A stretch of DNA of 64,000 nucleotides, from positions 8,058 through 72,057 of the forward strand of contig JBAYKT010000006.1 in the NCBI GenBank assembly GCA_041664445.1. The letters run 5' to 3'. This stretch comes from Patescibacteria group bacterium. GTDB taxonomy: Bacteria; Patescibacteriota; Patescibacteriia; Patescibacteriales; UBA12465. A model generated the notes under the pieces. That model saw only the letters and a list, made by a program, of their open reading frames with translations. It was not told where the DNA came from and did no database searches. This document shows positions 26,127 through 35,215 of the stretch, piece after piece (the first letter of the stretch is position 1; each line of letters opens with the position of its first letter). Made by a program: the position numbers and the translations under genes.

Positions 26127-28172
26127 TTAGTTATTTATTCTTATTATACCAGCATTAACGCCACCGTTAAAGTCCTGATCGTAAGCGTAGAAGGATTCCA
26201 AAATTAATCCGTCGCCGCTAAAAACTCTGACATGAGGCGTGGCGCCGCTATAAGCGCTGAGGATTATTTCAGAAACGCCGTCGCTATTAATATCACCAGC
26301 CGATAAATTGACACCTCCTTGCCAACTCTTTCCATAAGCCAGAAATTTATTAATCAATTGAGCTCGATTATTATAAATTTTAACTTGTGGTTCTCGGCCT
26401 GACCCGGGAGCAACTATAATTTCGGCCTTATTATGATCTTTGCGACCATCTAAATTAGCAACTGCGACATTAACTCCACCACGAAAACTTTTTTCATAAG
26501 CCAAGAAACTGCCGATTAATTTTCCATCGGAATTAAAAATTCTAATCTGCGGCTCACTTCCTTTTCCGAAACCAACTACAATCTCCGGTAAACCCTTGCC
26601 GTCAATATCTCCGGCGGAAATATTAAATCCTCCTCGCCAATTGCTTGGCGCCGCTAAAAATTGTCCTTTTAAATTTCCCCGATAATCAAAAATTTTAATT
26701 TGTGGACTACCACCAGAAGCAGGCGCCACAATTATTTTTTTGGCACCGCTATTATCCAGATCTATCAAAGCAACATTTAGACCGCCACGAAATTTTTTAT
26801 CGGCCGCCCAAAATTCTCCCAATAATTTTCCCTGATTACTTAAAATTCTAATTTTTGGTTCATCGCCAACAGCCGCTCCTACCACTATCTCATCAACCCC
26901 ATTATCGTTAATATCGCCAGTTACAAAGGGCGCACCGGTTTTAATGGCACTATCCGGCAAATAATATGCCAAATCGCCATTAGCAGCTACAACCTTGAGT
27001 TTATTCTTTTGAGTTGCGGGCAAAATCAATAAACGACCGAGATGATTATATAATTTTTCTTTGGCCATTTCGACAGCGCGATTGACATTTAAGCGGCCAT
27101 TACCGAGCTGACCTAAATAATCAGGATTTAGGCGGCTAATATTATCCGTGGAAGCAAACAAAATATTAACAGTTTCGCGGCGACTCAACTCCGGATTGGC
27201 TTGTTGGATTAAAGCAAGTGTGGCTGAAACTAAAGGCGCCGCCATGGAAGTCCCAGACCAATAGCCATCATAATATTTAATCGCTCCCGCGCGACTATCG
27301 CCGGTTACGGTATTAAAAAAACTAATTCCGGGAGCGGCAATATCCACACAACTAAAACCATAACTGGAAAATTTAGTTTTCTGATCAAGTGCGTCAGTGG
27401 CAGCCACGCCGATAACCATATTTTCACCAACCAAATTACCATCGTAACAAGCGGGGTAAATTTTGGTTTTATCGATATTATAACCTTCGCCGGCAGCCTG
27501 TTCGTTCCCGGCGGCGGCGACAATCATTACCCCGGCATTATGAGCCCGAGTAATTGCTTCTTGCAAACCGGCGCTATAATTAAAACTGACAAAACTAAGA
27601 TTAATAATATCAGCGCCATTATTGATTGCGTAGTCGATGGCGCGAATAACATCGCTAGCTCGTCCTTCGCCCTTATCGTTTAAAGCTTTAAGCGGCATAA
27701 TTTTGGCACGCCAAGTTACTCCGGCTACACCTTGGTTATTATTACCGCGAGCGGCGATAATTCCAGCTACCATAGTTCCATGAGAAATTCCGGCCTCAGT
27801 CCAGCCATCAGCAAATTTAGGCGAAGGATCGGGGATATTGGCGGAAAAATCCCAACCATTTATATCATCAATAAAACCATTGCGATCATTATCAATGCCG
27901 TCCCCAGAAATTTCTCGGTTATTTTTCCAAATATTATCACGCAAATCGGGATGATTTATTTGAATGCCAGAATCAATAACTGCAATTACCGTATCTGGGC
28001 TTTCCGAGACCTTATCCCAAGCACTATCAGCTTTAATTTTGGAAAGATACCACTGATTGCTAAAGAAGGAATCATTAGGCGTAATGCCAGCATAAACCGG
28101 CACGGCCAGCGCGCTTAGAAGTATAAAAAAAGATGTTATTATTTTATTCATATAACATCTATATAATACCAC
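26127..28172 (-). CDS. secreted subtilisin-like (S8) serine protease fused to a C-terminal FG-GAP-type beta-propeller
   Basis: Catalytic triad contexts VIAVIDSGI (Asp), SHGTMVAGIIAA (His) and GTSMAAPLVSA (Ser). Signal peptide after the probable true start at the ATG at 28151. About 6 repeats of ~48 aa, e.g. RGGxNVxxGDIDGDGxxEIVVxxGxGxxPQIRIF. Confidence 0.85.
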   Translation of the reverse strand: MVLYRCYMNKIITSFFILLSALAVPVYAGITPNDSFFSNQWYLSKIKADSAWDKVSESPDTVIAVIDSGIQINHPDLRDNIWKNNREISGDGIDNDRNGFIDDINGWDFSANIPDPSPKFADGWTEAGISHGTMVAGIIAARGNNNQGVAGVTWRAKIMPLKALNDKGEGRASDVIRAIDYAINNGADIINLSFVSFNYSAGLQEAITRAHNAGVMIVAAAGNEQAAGEGYNIDKTKIYPACYDGNLVGENMVIGVAATDALDQKTKFSSYGFSCVDIAAPGISFFNTVTGDSRAGAIKYYDGYWSGTSMAAPLVSATLALIQQANPELSRRETVNILFASTDNISRLNPDYLGQLGNGRLNVNRAVEMAKEKLYNHLGRLLILPATQKNKLKVVAANGDLAYYLPDSAIKTGAPFVTGDINDNGVDEIVVGAAVGDEPKIRILSNQGKLLGEFWAADKKFRGGLNVALIDLDNSGAKKIIVAPASGGSPQIKIFDYRGNLKGQFLAAPSNWRGGFNISAGDIDGKGLPEIVVGFGKGSEPQIRIFNSDGKLIGSFLAYEKSFRGGVNVAVANLDGRKDHNKAEIIVAPGSGREPQVKIYNNRAQLINKFLAYGKSWQGGVNLSAGDINSDGVSEIILSAYSGATPHVRVFSGDGLILESFYAYDQDFNGGVNAGIIRINN
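26130..26990 (-). repeat. ~6 tandem FG-GAP-like repeats (protein level) in the S8 protease C-terminal region
   Basis: Recurrent units: GDINDNGVDEIVVGAAVGDEPKIRIL, IDLDNSGAKKIIVAPASGGSPQIKIF, GDIDGKGLPEIVVGFGKGSEPQIRIF, ANLDGRKDHNKAEIIVAPGSGREPQVKIY, GDINSDGVSEIILSAYSGATPHVRVF. Confidence 0.75.
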
Positions 28173-28207
28173 AAACGGCGTTTTTTACAAATCGCAAATA
28201 AGCCGAT

Positions 28208-29419
28208 TTAGGTGCTCAAAATTTCCTTCAAAGTTTCTTCGGCGCATTTTTGCCAGCTAAAATTTTGCGCTCTTTCCAGGCCTTTTTTTATTAACTCCTG
28301 ATGCAGCTCGCGGTTATTAATGATTTTAGCCATTGCTTCGGCAATCGCCTTTTTATCTTCATGATTGAAATATAAAACAGCATCAGCGGCAACCTCTTTG
28401 AAAACCGGAATATCGGAACAAGCAACTGGTAAACCGCAGGCCATAGCTTGTAAAATTGGAATGCCGAAACCTTCATGCTTGGATGGAAAAATAAAAGCGC
28501 TCGCCCCGTTAAAAATACAAGGCATATCTTCCTCAGCCACCCAACCGGGCATTAAGACTTCATTGTTCAAATTGAATTCTTCAATGACATATTTGACCTC
28601 GTCATAGCCAAAGCTAGCATCGCCAATCAGAACCAGTTTCTCCTTAATTTCCGGATGGCTGTCGTGCATGATAGATAAAGCCTCAATTAACGCTGGGGTA
28701 TTTTTTTTCTTTTCTAAGCGGCCAACATATAAAAAATATGGCTGTTCTAAATTATATTTTTCCAACTTAGCTTTAATTTTTTCTTGATCACGGCCCATTT
28801 TATATAAATCGTCATTATAGCCGTTATGAATAACAGTGATATTATTGGCCTTAGCGCGCGGATAAAAACTTAAAATATCTTGTTTGGTAAAATTAGATAC
28901 GGTAATTATCTTTTTAGCGCGACGTAAAGCAAAATCGGTTGACCAATACAAATAATCTAGAGATTCGGAATGATATTTTCCTAAAGTAAACAAGCGCACC
29001 AAAAACTCCACAATCTTTTTAGATAAGGCACGGTCAGTCTTTACGCCTTTAGATTGATAAAGATTGCGATCCCGCGCAAAAGCAATATCGTGAATCGTGT
29101 TAATAGTCCGCTTAGGATAAACTAAGGGCATGGTATGAGCCGGGATAAATAAAATATCCGGCTTATGAAAAATCATTTCTAAAGTTAAGCGGCCCAAGGT
29201 CCAAAAAGAAAGAAAAGGCCAATGTAAAAATTTAACGGAAAAATTAGGATTATCTTTAATAATCTCTTGGAGTTCCGAAGATGGCAAGTCATTTAAATAA
29301 AGGAGATATTTATTTTCCTTATCAATTTTTGCCAAATTTTTAATTAAGTAAAAAGAGTACCATTCGGTACCAGTCTTTCTTTTTAAATTAGCCCTGGAGG
29401 CGTCTATTCCAATAGTCAT
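28208..29419 (-). CDS. family 4 (GT-B) glycosyltransferase
   Basis: EGFGIPILQAMACGLPVACSDIPVFKEV is the GT4 signature. 403 aa. Confidence 0.8.
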   Translation of the reverse strand: MTIGIDASRANLKRKTGTEWYSFYLIKNLAKIDKENKYLLYLNDLPSSELQEIIKDNPNFSVKFLHWPFLSFWTLGRLTLEMIFHKPDILFIPAHTMPLVYPKRTINTIHDIAFARDRNLYQSKGVKTDRALSKKIVEFLVRLFTLGKYHSESLDYLYWSTDFALRRAKKIITVSNFTKQDILSFYPRAKANNITVIHNGYNDDLYKMGRDQEKIKAKLEKYNLEQPYFLYVGRLEKKKNTPALIEALSIMHDSHPEIKEKLVLIGDASFGYDEVKYVIEEFNLNNEVLMPGWVAEEDMPCIFNGASAFIFPSKHEGFGIPILQAMACGLPVACSDIPVFKEVAADAVLYFNHEDKKAIAEAMAKIINNRELHQELIKKGLERAQNFSWQKCAEETLKEILST

Positions 29420-29420
29420 A

Positions 29421-29451
29421 AATAAATAACAGCTAACCGATATGGTTAGCC
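29421..29451 (-). terminator. probable intrinsic terminator after mreB paralog 1
   Basis: GCTAACC / GGTTAGC stem (7 bp, 5-nt loop), followed on the minus strand by tgttatttatt. Confidence 0.5.
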
Positions 29452-29453
29452 GT

Positions 29454-30461
29454 TTATTTAGTTGCTAAAATACTGCGCTTATATGAATCTAAATTGTCTA
29501 AGGCAATCCCAGTGCCTTTGGCAACACAGAGCATGGCATCGTCAGCGACATAAGCCGGCACGCCGGTCGTGCGCGCAATCAGCTGATCCATGTTGCGGAG
29601 CAAAGAGCTCCCCCCGGTTAGAACAATTCCCTTATCCATAATATCCGCCGATAACTCCGGCGGGGTTTTTTGTAAAACTTTTTTGGAAGCGGAAATAATC
29701 GCTTCTAGCTCATGCTGAATCGCTTCGGTAACGTCATCGCTAGAAACGGTAATACTGCGTGGCAAGCCCGTAACAATATCGCGGCCCCGAACTTCCATAT
29801 GCAGCTTATCCTCCATATACAAAGCCGAACCAATATTTATTTTAATTTCTTCAGCTGTTCGTTCGCCAATCGCTAGATTATATTTTTTGCGGACATATTC
29901 CAAAATTGCGGCATCAAATTTATTGCCACCAACTCTTACTGAAGTTGAAGCTACCACGCCGCCCAAAGAAATAACGGCCATTTCCGCGGTACCACCGCCA
30001 ATATCAATTACCATATGGCCAGTTGCCGAACCAATAGGAATATCCGCGCCAATGGCCGCTGCTACCGGTTCCTTAATAATATAGGCTGCTTTAGCGCCAG
30101 CCGCAATCGTGGCCTCAATAACCGCCCGTCTTTCTGTCGAAGAAATTCCGGCCGGAACAGCCACCATCACCTCTGGTCTAAATAAGCGTAAACCGCCTAA
30201 AGTTTTATTAATAAAATATCTAATCATGGCTTCAGTCGCCCGATAATCGGCAATAACGCCATCTTTTAGGGGTTTGACCGCCATAATAGTATCGGGGGTG
30301 CGCCCCAACATATCTTTGGCTTCATTGCCAACAGCTAATATTTTTTTGTCCGCGATTGATACTGCCACCACGCTCGGCTCATTAACAACAATACCTCGAC
30401 GAGGTAAATAAACCAAAGTATAAGTTGTGCCCAAATCAATCCCGATTTGTTTAATAAACAT
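29454..30461 (-). CDS. mreB: actin-like rod-shape protein MreB, paralog 1 (stand-alone)
   Basis: IGIDLGTTYTLVY, DIGGGTAEMAVISLGG and GIVLTGGSSLLRNMDQLI are the MreB/actin-fold phosphate and adenosine motifs. Confidence 0.9.
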   Translation of the reverse strand: MFIKQIGIDLGTTYTLVYLPRRGIVVNEPSVVAVSIADKKILAVGNEAKDMLGRTPDTIMAVKPLKDGVIADYRATEAMIRYFINKTLGGLRLFRPEVMVAVPAGISSTERRAVIEATIAAGAKAAYIIKEPVAAAIGADIPIGSATGHMVIDIGGGTAEMAVISLGGVVASTSVRVGGNKFDAAILEYVRKKYNLAIGERTAEEIKINIGSALYMEDKLHMEVRGRDIVTGLPRSITVSSDDVTEAIQHELEAIISASKKVLQKTPPELSADIMDKGIVLTGGSSLLRNMDQLIARTTGVPAYVADDAMLCVAKGTGIALDNLDSYKRSILATK

Positions 30462-30523
30462 AAGATGTATACAACTACCTATTCTAACCGCTTACGCGCC
30501 TTAAGTCAATTTAAAGATATTCA

Positions 30524-30955
30524 CTAATCAATCATCTGTTCATCCTCGTCCTCACTATCTTCGCTTTTTTCCTGATTATCAATTATTTTTAACACTTTTT
30601 CAGCAAATTGAAAAGTATCGAAATCATCCTTAAAAAAGACATAATCGGCGCCAATTTCCAAACTGCGCTGACGGCTGTCTTCATCGCTTAAATCAGTAAA
30701 AATAAAAATTTGTTTCTCGCTCAATTCGTCATCTGCCTTCAAACGCTTAACAATATCAAAACCGTCAACTTTTGGCAGGATTAAATCTAACACAATAAAA
30801 TCTGGCTGGAATTCTCTCAAATTGTCCATCAATTCTTCCGCTTCTTCCTCTGCTTCGCTCACTTCGACTTCTAAGCCGGAATTAGAAAATTGCGCCTCTA
30901 AACCATAGAGAATATTGGCGTCATCTTCAATAATAAAGATTTTTTTGTGTGACAT
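30524..30955 (-). CDS. stand-alone response-regulator receiver domain (CheY-like) with an acidic tail
   Basis: Receiver residues are intact: EDD near the N-terminus, phospho-acceptor context FIVLDLILP, FTDLS (Thr), FFKDD (Lys). No output domain. No histidine kinase in the window. Confidence 0.8.
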   Translation of the reverse strand: MSHKKIFIIEDDANILYGLEAQFSNSGLEVEVSEAEEEAEELMDNLREFQPDFIVLDLILPKVDGFDIVKRLKADDELSEKQIFIFTDLSDEDSRQRSLEIGADYVFFKDDFDTFQFAEKVLKIIDNQEKSEDSEDEDEQMID

Positions 30956-30968
30956 ACTTATTTATTAC

Positions 30969-31934
30969 TTATTTTTTTAATTTTCCCCACCATGCCTGAT
31001 TATTTTTATACCAATTTACGGTTTCTTGCAAGCCGCTTTCAAACGAATGTTTCGGTTTAAATCCCAACTCCTTTTCCGCTTTGGAAAAATTAATGGCATA
31101 TCTTAAGTCATGGCCTAAACGATCGCCGACATATTCAATCATTTCTTCTCCCTTTTCCATCAAAGCTAAGACTGCTCTAGTAATTTCTAAATTAGTTTTT
31201 TCGCTATCGCCACCGAGACAATAAGTTTCGCCAATCTTTCCCTTTTTAATAATCAAATCAACGCCATAATTATGGTCATCAACATGAATCCAATCGCGAA
31301 TATTTAAACCGTTGCCATAAACCGGAACTTTTTTTCCCTCCATTAGATTAGTAACAAATAAAGGAATCAATTTTTCCGGATATTGATAAGGCCCATAATT
31401 ATTAGAACAATTGGAAATGGTAATCGGCAATTTATGGGTATGGAAATACGCTCTGACTAAATGATCGCTAGCAGCTTTAGAGGCACTATAAGGCGAGCGC
31501 GGCGAATAAGGAGTGTCTTCATTGAATTTTTTATCAGCCATTTCCAAGGCACCAAAAACCTCATCAGTAGAAACATGATGAAATCTAATACCGCCGTTAT
31601 TTTTAGCAGCATCAAGCAAAACGCGCGTGCCTTCAACATTAGTTTTGACAAAATCCGAGCTATCATTAATCGAACGGTCAACATGGCTTTCCGCCGCAAA
31701 GTGAACAATCAAATCCACTCCTTGGACAGCCCGCAAAACTAAATCCCGGTCGCAAATATCGCCTTGAATAAATTCATAATTTGGATGATTTTCAACATCT
31801 CTTAAATTATCCAAATTACCGGCATAAGTTAAAAGATCAAGATTTCTAATTTGATCTTGCGGATATTGGCTTAACCAATAATGGATAAAATTCGAACCGA
31901 TAAAACCGGCGCCGCCGGTAACAAGTATTTTCAT
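30969..31934 (-). CDS. rfbB: dTDP-glucose 4,6-dehydratase
   Basis: MKILVTGGAGFIGSNF, HFAAESHVDRSI, STDEVFG and YSASKAASDHLVRAY are canonical RmlB motifs. Confidence 0.9.
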   Translation of the reverse strand: MKILVTGGAGFIGSNFIHYWLSQYPQDQIRNLDLLTYAGNLDNLRDVENHPNYEFIQGDICDRDLVLRAVQGVDLIVHFAAESHVDRSINDSSDFVKTNVEGTRVLLDAAKNNGGIRFHHVSTDEVFGALEMADKKFNEDTPYSPRSPYSASKAASDHLVRAYFHTHKLPITISNCSNNYGPYQYPEKLIPLFVTNLMEGKKVPVYGNGLNIRDWIHVDDHNYGVDLIIKKGKIGETYCLGGDSEKTNLEITRAVLALMEKGEEMIEYVGDRLGHDLRYAINFSKAEKELGFKPKHSFESGLQETVNWYKNNQAWWGKLKK

Positions 31935-31935
31935 A

Positions 31936-32331
31936 TTAGGAAGTCAATTTTTTAAAAATTTCGTCTATCTCTCCGTGAGCGTATTCAACCTTTGGCCAAT
32001 CTCCCAGACCATCACCGGAATGACGAGGGATAAGATGAAAATGGATGTGCGGTATCTGTTGGCCGGCGACCGGATCATTATTAGAAGCAATATTATAACC
32101 GGGAGCAACTAATTTATTTTTAAGTATTAAGCCGACTTTTTTAGTGGTTAAAATAAGAGCCGTTAAATCGGTCTCGGATATTTCTTCTAAATTAGCATAA
32201 TGAGTTTTAGGAATAACGATTGTATGACCGATACTACTGGGATAAATATTCAAAAAAGCCAAAGTTTTTTCATCTTCGTAAACCTTATAGGATGGCAATT
32301 CCCCGGCCACAATTTTACAAAAAATACACAT
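31936..32331 (-). CDS. HIT-family (Hint-like) nucleotide hydrolase
   Basis: CIFCKIVAGELPSYKVYEDE at the N-terminus and the histidine triad HIHFHLIP. Confidence 0.85.
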   Translation of the reverse strand: MCIFCKIVAGELPSYKVYEDEKTLAFLNIYPSSIGHTIVIPKTHYANLEEISETDLTALILTTKKVGLILKNKLVAPGYNIASNNDPVAGQQIPHIHFHLIPRHSGDGLGDWPKVEYAHGEIDEIFKKLTS

Positions 32332-32342
32332 ACATCTTTTGA

Positions 32343-32795
32343 TTAACTTATCTTATAAGGACTCTCAGGATCTTTTTCCCAGCGAATTTCATCTACTTCT
32401 TCTTTCTTCCCTTCGCCGCGATAAAGTTTATCCGGGAAATTAAGACTTAAGGCCGGAATTTCCGAAACGCATTTATAACCATGAACTACTCCCGGAGGAA
32501 CAATTACCAGAGTAGGGTTATTTTCACCAACAATAATTTCCATCTTTTCACCATTAGTACTAGAGTTCGCTCTTCGGTCCCAGAGATGGAGAGCGAAGCT
32601 GCCCGGTCCCAGAAAAACAAAGCAATCACTTTGCGCGACATGCTCATGGGGGCCGCGAATAACTCCCGGATTAGTAAAACTGGCATAAGACATGGCTGGT
32701 TTAAAATCCAGTTCATCGGCTCGGAAAAGTTCCGCCAAAAAACCGCGCTCATCATGATTCTTAGATATTTCTTTAATTATCACCTCATTTATCAT
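32343..32795 (-). CDS. cupin-fold dTDP-4-dehydrorhamnose 3,5-epimerase-like protein
   Basis: HDERGFLAELFR and RGPHEH...GVVHGY resemble RmlC motifs. Shorter (150 aa) than typical RmlC. Confidence 0.65.
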   Translation of the reverse strand: MINEVIIKEISKNHDERGFLAELFRADELDFKPAMSYASFTNPGVIRGPHEHVAQSDCFVFLGPGSFALHLWDRRANSSTNGEKMEIIVGENNPTLVIVPPGVVHGYKCVSEIPALSLNFPDKLYRGEGKKEEVDEIRWEKDPESPYKIS

Positions 32796-32805
32796 AAAAT
32801 TATAT

Positions 32806-33798
32806 TTACATTTTTATTTTTAATAATCCGTTTTGCGCGCCTAAATGAGCAATTTTAGAAGCAGTATTGCGCGCGCTTAAAAGTAAAGCTTTTTTGATAT
32901 CTCCCTTAAACAACTCAACGCCGGCTGCAAACGTGGAATTAAAAATATCACCGACACCGGTCGTATCAACTCGTTTTTTTTCTTTGCATATCGGCTGATA
33001 ATAAAATTTTTGCCCATCATAGGCATAAGCGCCCGCACTGCCAGAAGTAATTAAGACTATTTTTGGTCCGTAGCTCTTGATGATTTGAAGCAAATTTTTT
33101 TCATCATTCAGAAAAGTGGCTTTTAACTTTTGGCCGCGCAACTTAGAATGCGCTAAAGCTAATTCTATCGCCTCATCTTTGTTAACTGAGAAAATAAAAG
33201 TATTTTTCAAAAACGGCATCAATTTTTTCAAACCACTGGAATATTGTGCTTCACTTGGGTTCCAAGCAATTCTAATTCCCTGTCGCGAAGCGATACTAAA
33301 AACTTTTTTTAAAATTGACGACCAATTACCCGACAAAGAAGAGATATAAATATTTCTAGTATTCTTAAGCGCAATTTCATCTTTAGCGGTAACTTGCAAT
33401 AACCCGTTAGCCCCGCGTTCAGTGAAGATTATCCGTTCGCCGGTTTTAGAAATTATAATAAACGAAAAACCGCTATGCTCACCGCTTACTTTTTTTATCA
33501 AAGAAACCGCCACTTGGCGTTCTTGAAAATTTTTAATTATTGCTCGGCCGTTTTCATCATCACCAATAGCCGCCAAGCATCCAGCCTTAAAGCCAAAATG
33601 AGCTAAATTAACCGCGGCATTGGCCGCGCCACCGCCATAGCTGTAGTTAAACTTATCAATTCTAATTTTAGCGCCATACTCGAAAGCTAAAAGCTGTTGA
33701 CGCAAAATATCCCGCGGGTTATTAATTAAAATTCCCTGGTCAGTAAAAAAACTGATATCTCTAGTTGCGCCACCAATAGCAATAAAATCGTAAATCAT
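32806..33798 (-). CDS. PfkB-family carbohydrate kinase (ribokinase-like)
   Basis: GGGAANAAVNLAHFG and the anion-hole motif DTTGVGDIFNSTFAAG are PfkB signatures. Confidence 0.8.
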   Translation of the reverse strand: MIYDFIAIGGATRDISFFTDQGILINNPRDILRQQLLAFEYGAKIRIDKFNYSYGGGAANAAVNLAHFGFKAGCLAAIGDDENGRAIIKNFQERQVAVSLIKKVSGEHSGFSFIIISKTGERIIFTERGANGLLQVTAKDEIALKNTRNIYISSLSGNWSSILKKVFSIASRQGIRIAWNPSEAQYSSGLKKLMPFLKNTFIFSVNKDEAIELALAHSKLRGQKLKATFLNDEKNLLQIIKSYGPKIVLITSGSAGAYAYDGQKFYYQPICKEKKRVDTTGVGDIFNSTFAAGVELFKGDIKKALLLSARNTASKIAHLGAQNGLLKIKM

Positions 33799-33822
33799 AT
33801 TTTTTATATTACTTTTATAATA

Positions 33823-34365
33823 TCATAACCCGCCTTTCTTTTCCAGAAAGAACGGTTGGAATCTTTTTGCTAAAGCAACTGAAATATTAAAAAATAAAGC
33901 GGCCGCCAAAATGTTCCAAGCCGATTGATAAAAAACATTACGCCAGAAAGAAAGGGTAAGAAATCCCGGCAAACCCTGAAAATTAACCGCGAAAAAAGCA
34001 AGAATAACCGCAGCCAAATTATAAACTAAAGTCGCCGCCAAAAATAAAACCCAAAAAGAATATAAAGATTTATTGGTCAGCCAATTTTCCAAAATTAAAT
34101 ATGACGCCACAGCGGCGGCAGCCAAACAAATAAAATAAAAGCCAAAAAATTGAAAAGAAAAGGTATCCATCAAAAATCCAAAAGAAAAAATGAAAAACAA
34201 GGCGGCTTTAGCACCAAAAAAGAACAGAATAAACACCAACAGCATTAAACCGAGGTTTATTTGATTAAAAGCGCCCGGAAGCGAGGAAATAAAAGCAAAC
34301 TGTAAATTAGACGCCACCAAACAAATTGCGGCAAAAATTAAAATTTGTCCAACTTTTTTAAACAT
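33823..34365 (-). CDS. mreD: MreD-like membrane protein (by position after mreC)
   Basis: 180 aa with about 5 TM helices and no diagnostic motif. Sits directly downstream of mreB-mreC. Confidence 0.5.
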   Translation of the reverse strand: MFKKVGQILIFAAICLVASNLQFAFISSLPGAFNQINLGLMLLVFILFFFGAKAALFFIFSFGFLMDTFSFQFFGFYFICLAAAAVASYLILENWLTNKSLYSFWVLFLAATLVYNLAAVILAFFAVNFQGLPGFLTLSFWRNVFYQSAWNILAAALFFNISVALAKRFQPFFLEKKGGL

Positions 34366-34374
34366 AAAATTCTT

Positions 34375-35187
34375 TTAAGGGATGACGACAGAGACAACCG
34401 TTAAATCATTTAGGTTAACTAGTGGCTCGATAATAGCCGCTTGCCAAACTTCATTACTTTCACTTTTAACTTCCGAGACTTTACCAATTACCAGCCCGCG
34501 AGGAATATTTCCGCCCAAACCGGAAGTAATTACCATGTCGCCAAGCGCAATCTTCTCGAGCTGCGGAATATAATTCATATTAATTGTCAGCCCTAAATTA
34601 CCATCGGTGATTCCCTTAGTTTTATCTTCATTCTGCAAACTAGCGGCCAATTGGCAACCAGGACTAGTCACTAAACAAATTCGAGAGCTAGAATCGCTCA
34701 CTTCTACAATCTTGCCGATAATTGCTCCGTCTGGACTAAGCACGCCGTAATCAAGACGCAAGCCATCTTTTTGCCCCCGGTCAATCACTAAATCGCGGCT
34801 ATCTTCAGTTGCGGAAAAAACTTCCTCCTTGGCAATAATATTGGCCAAAACCACCTGAAATTTATTAGCTGCCACAAAATTCAATTGACTGCGTAATTTT
34901 TCATTTTCTCCTTCCACTTCTCGCCAATGAGAATCCTGAATAGTTAAGACGGACACCGACTGTTGCAAGCGATTAATTTCTGAAAGTAAATCTGTTTTTT
35001 CCCGATTTTCGCTATAAGAAGAGCTGATGCCTGCTCCCCAAACATACAACTTACTGCTTACCGGTTTTACCAAAAATAACAGGGCGTTCTCTAGGGGACG
35101 GATAATCCCCAGTCCGTGTAAAAAAACCAGTAGTCCGAGAACTACCGTAAAAATTAACAAGGGATTGTTTTTCTTAATCCTAATCAT
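34375..35187 (-). CDS. mreC: rod shape-determining protein MreC
   Basis: N-terminal TM helix, a coiled-coil region (ENEKLRSQL) and a beta-rich C-terminal domain with GDMVITSGLGGNIPRGLVIGKV, the typical MreC motif. Confidence 0.8.
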   Translation of the reverse strand: MIRIKKNNPLLIFTVVLGLLVFLHGLGIIRPLENALLFLVKPVSSKLYVWGAGISSSYSENREKTDLLSEINRLQQSVSVLTIQDSHWREVEGENEKLRSQLNFVAANKFQVVLANIIAKEEVFSATEDSRDLVIDRGQKDGLRLDYGVLSPDGAIIGKIVEVSDSSSRICLVTSPGCQLAASLQNEDKTKGITDGNLGLTINMNYIPQLEKIALGDMVITSGLGGNIPRGLVIGKVSEVKSESNEVWQAAIIEPLVNLNDLTVVSVVIP

Positions 35188-35215
35188 ATGAACGCAAGTT
35201 TCTTAAATATAGGAA

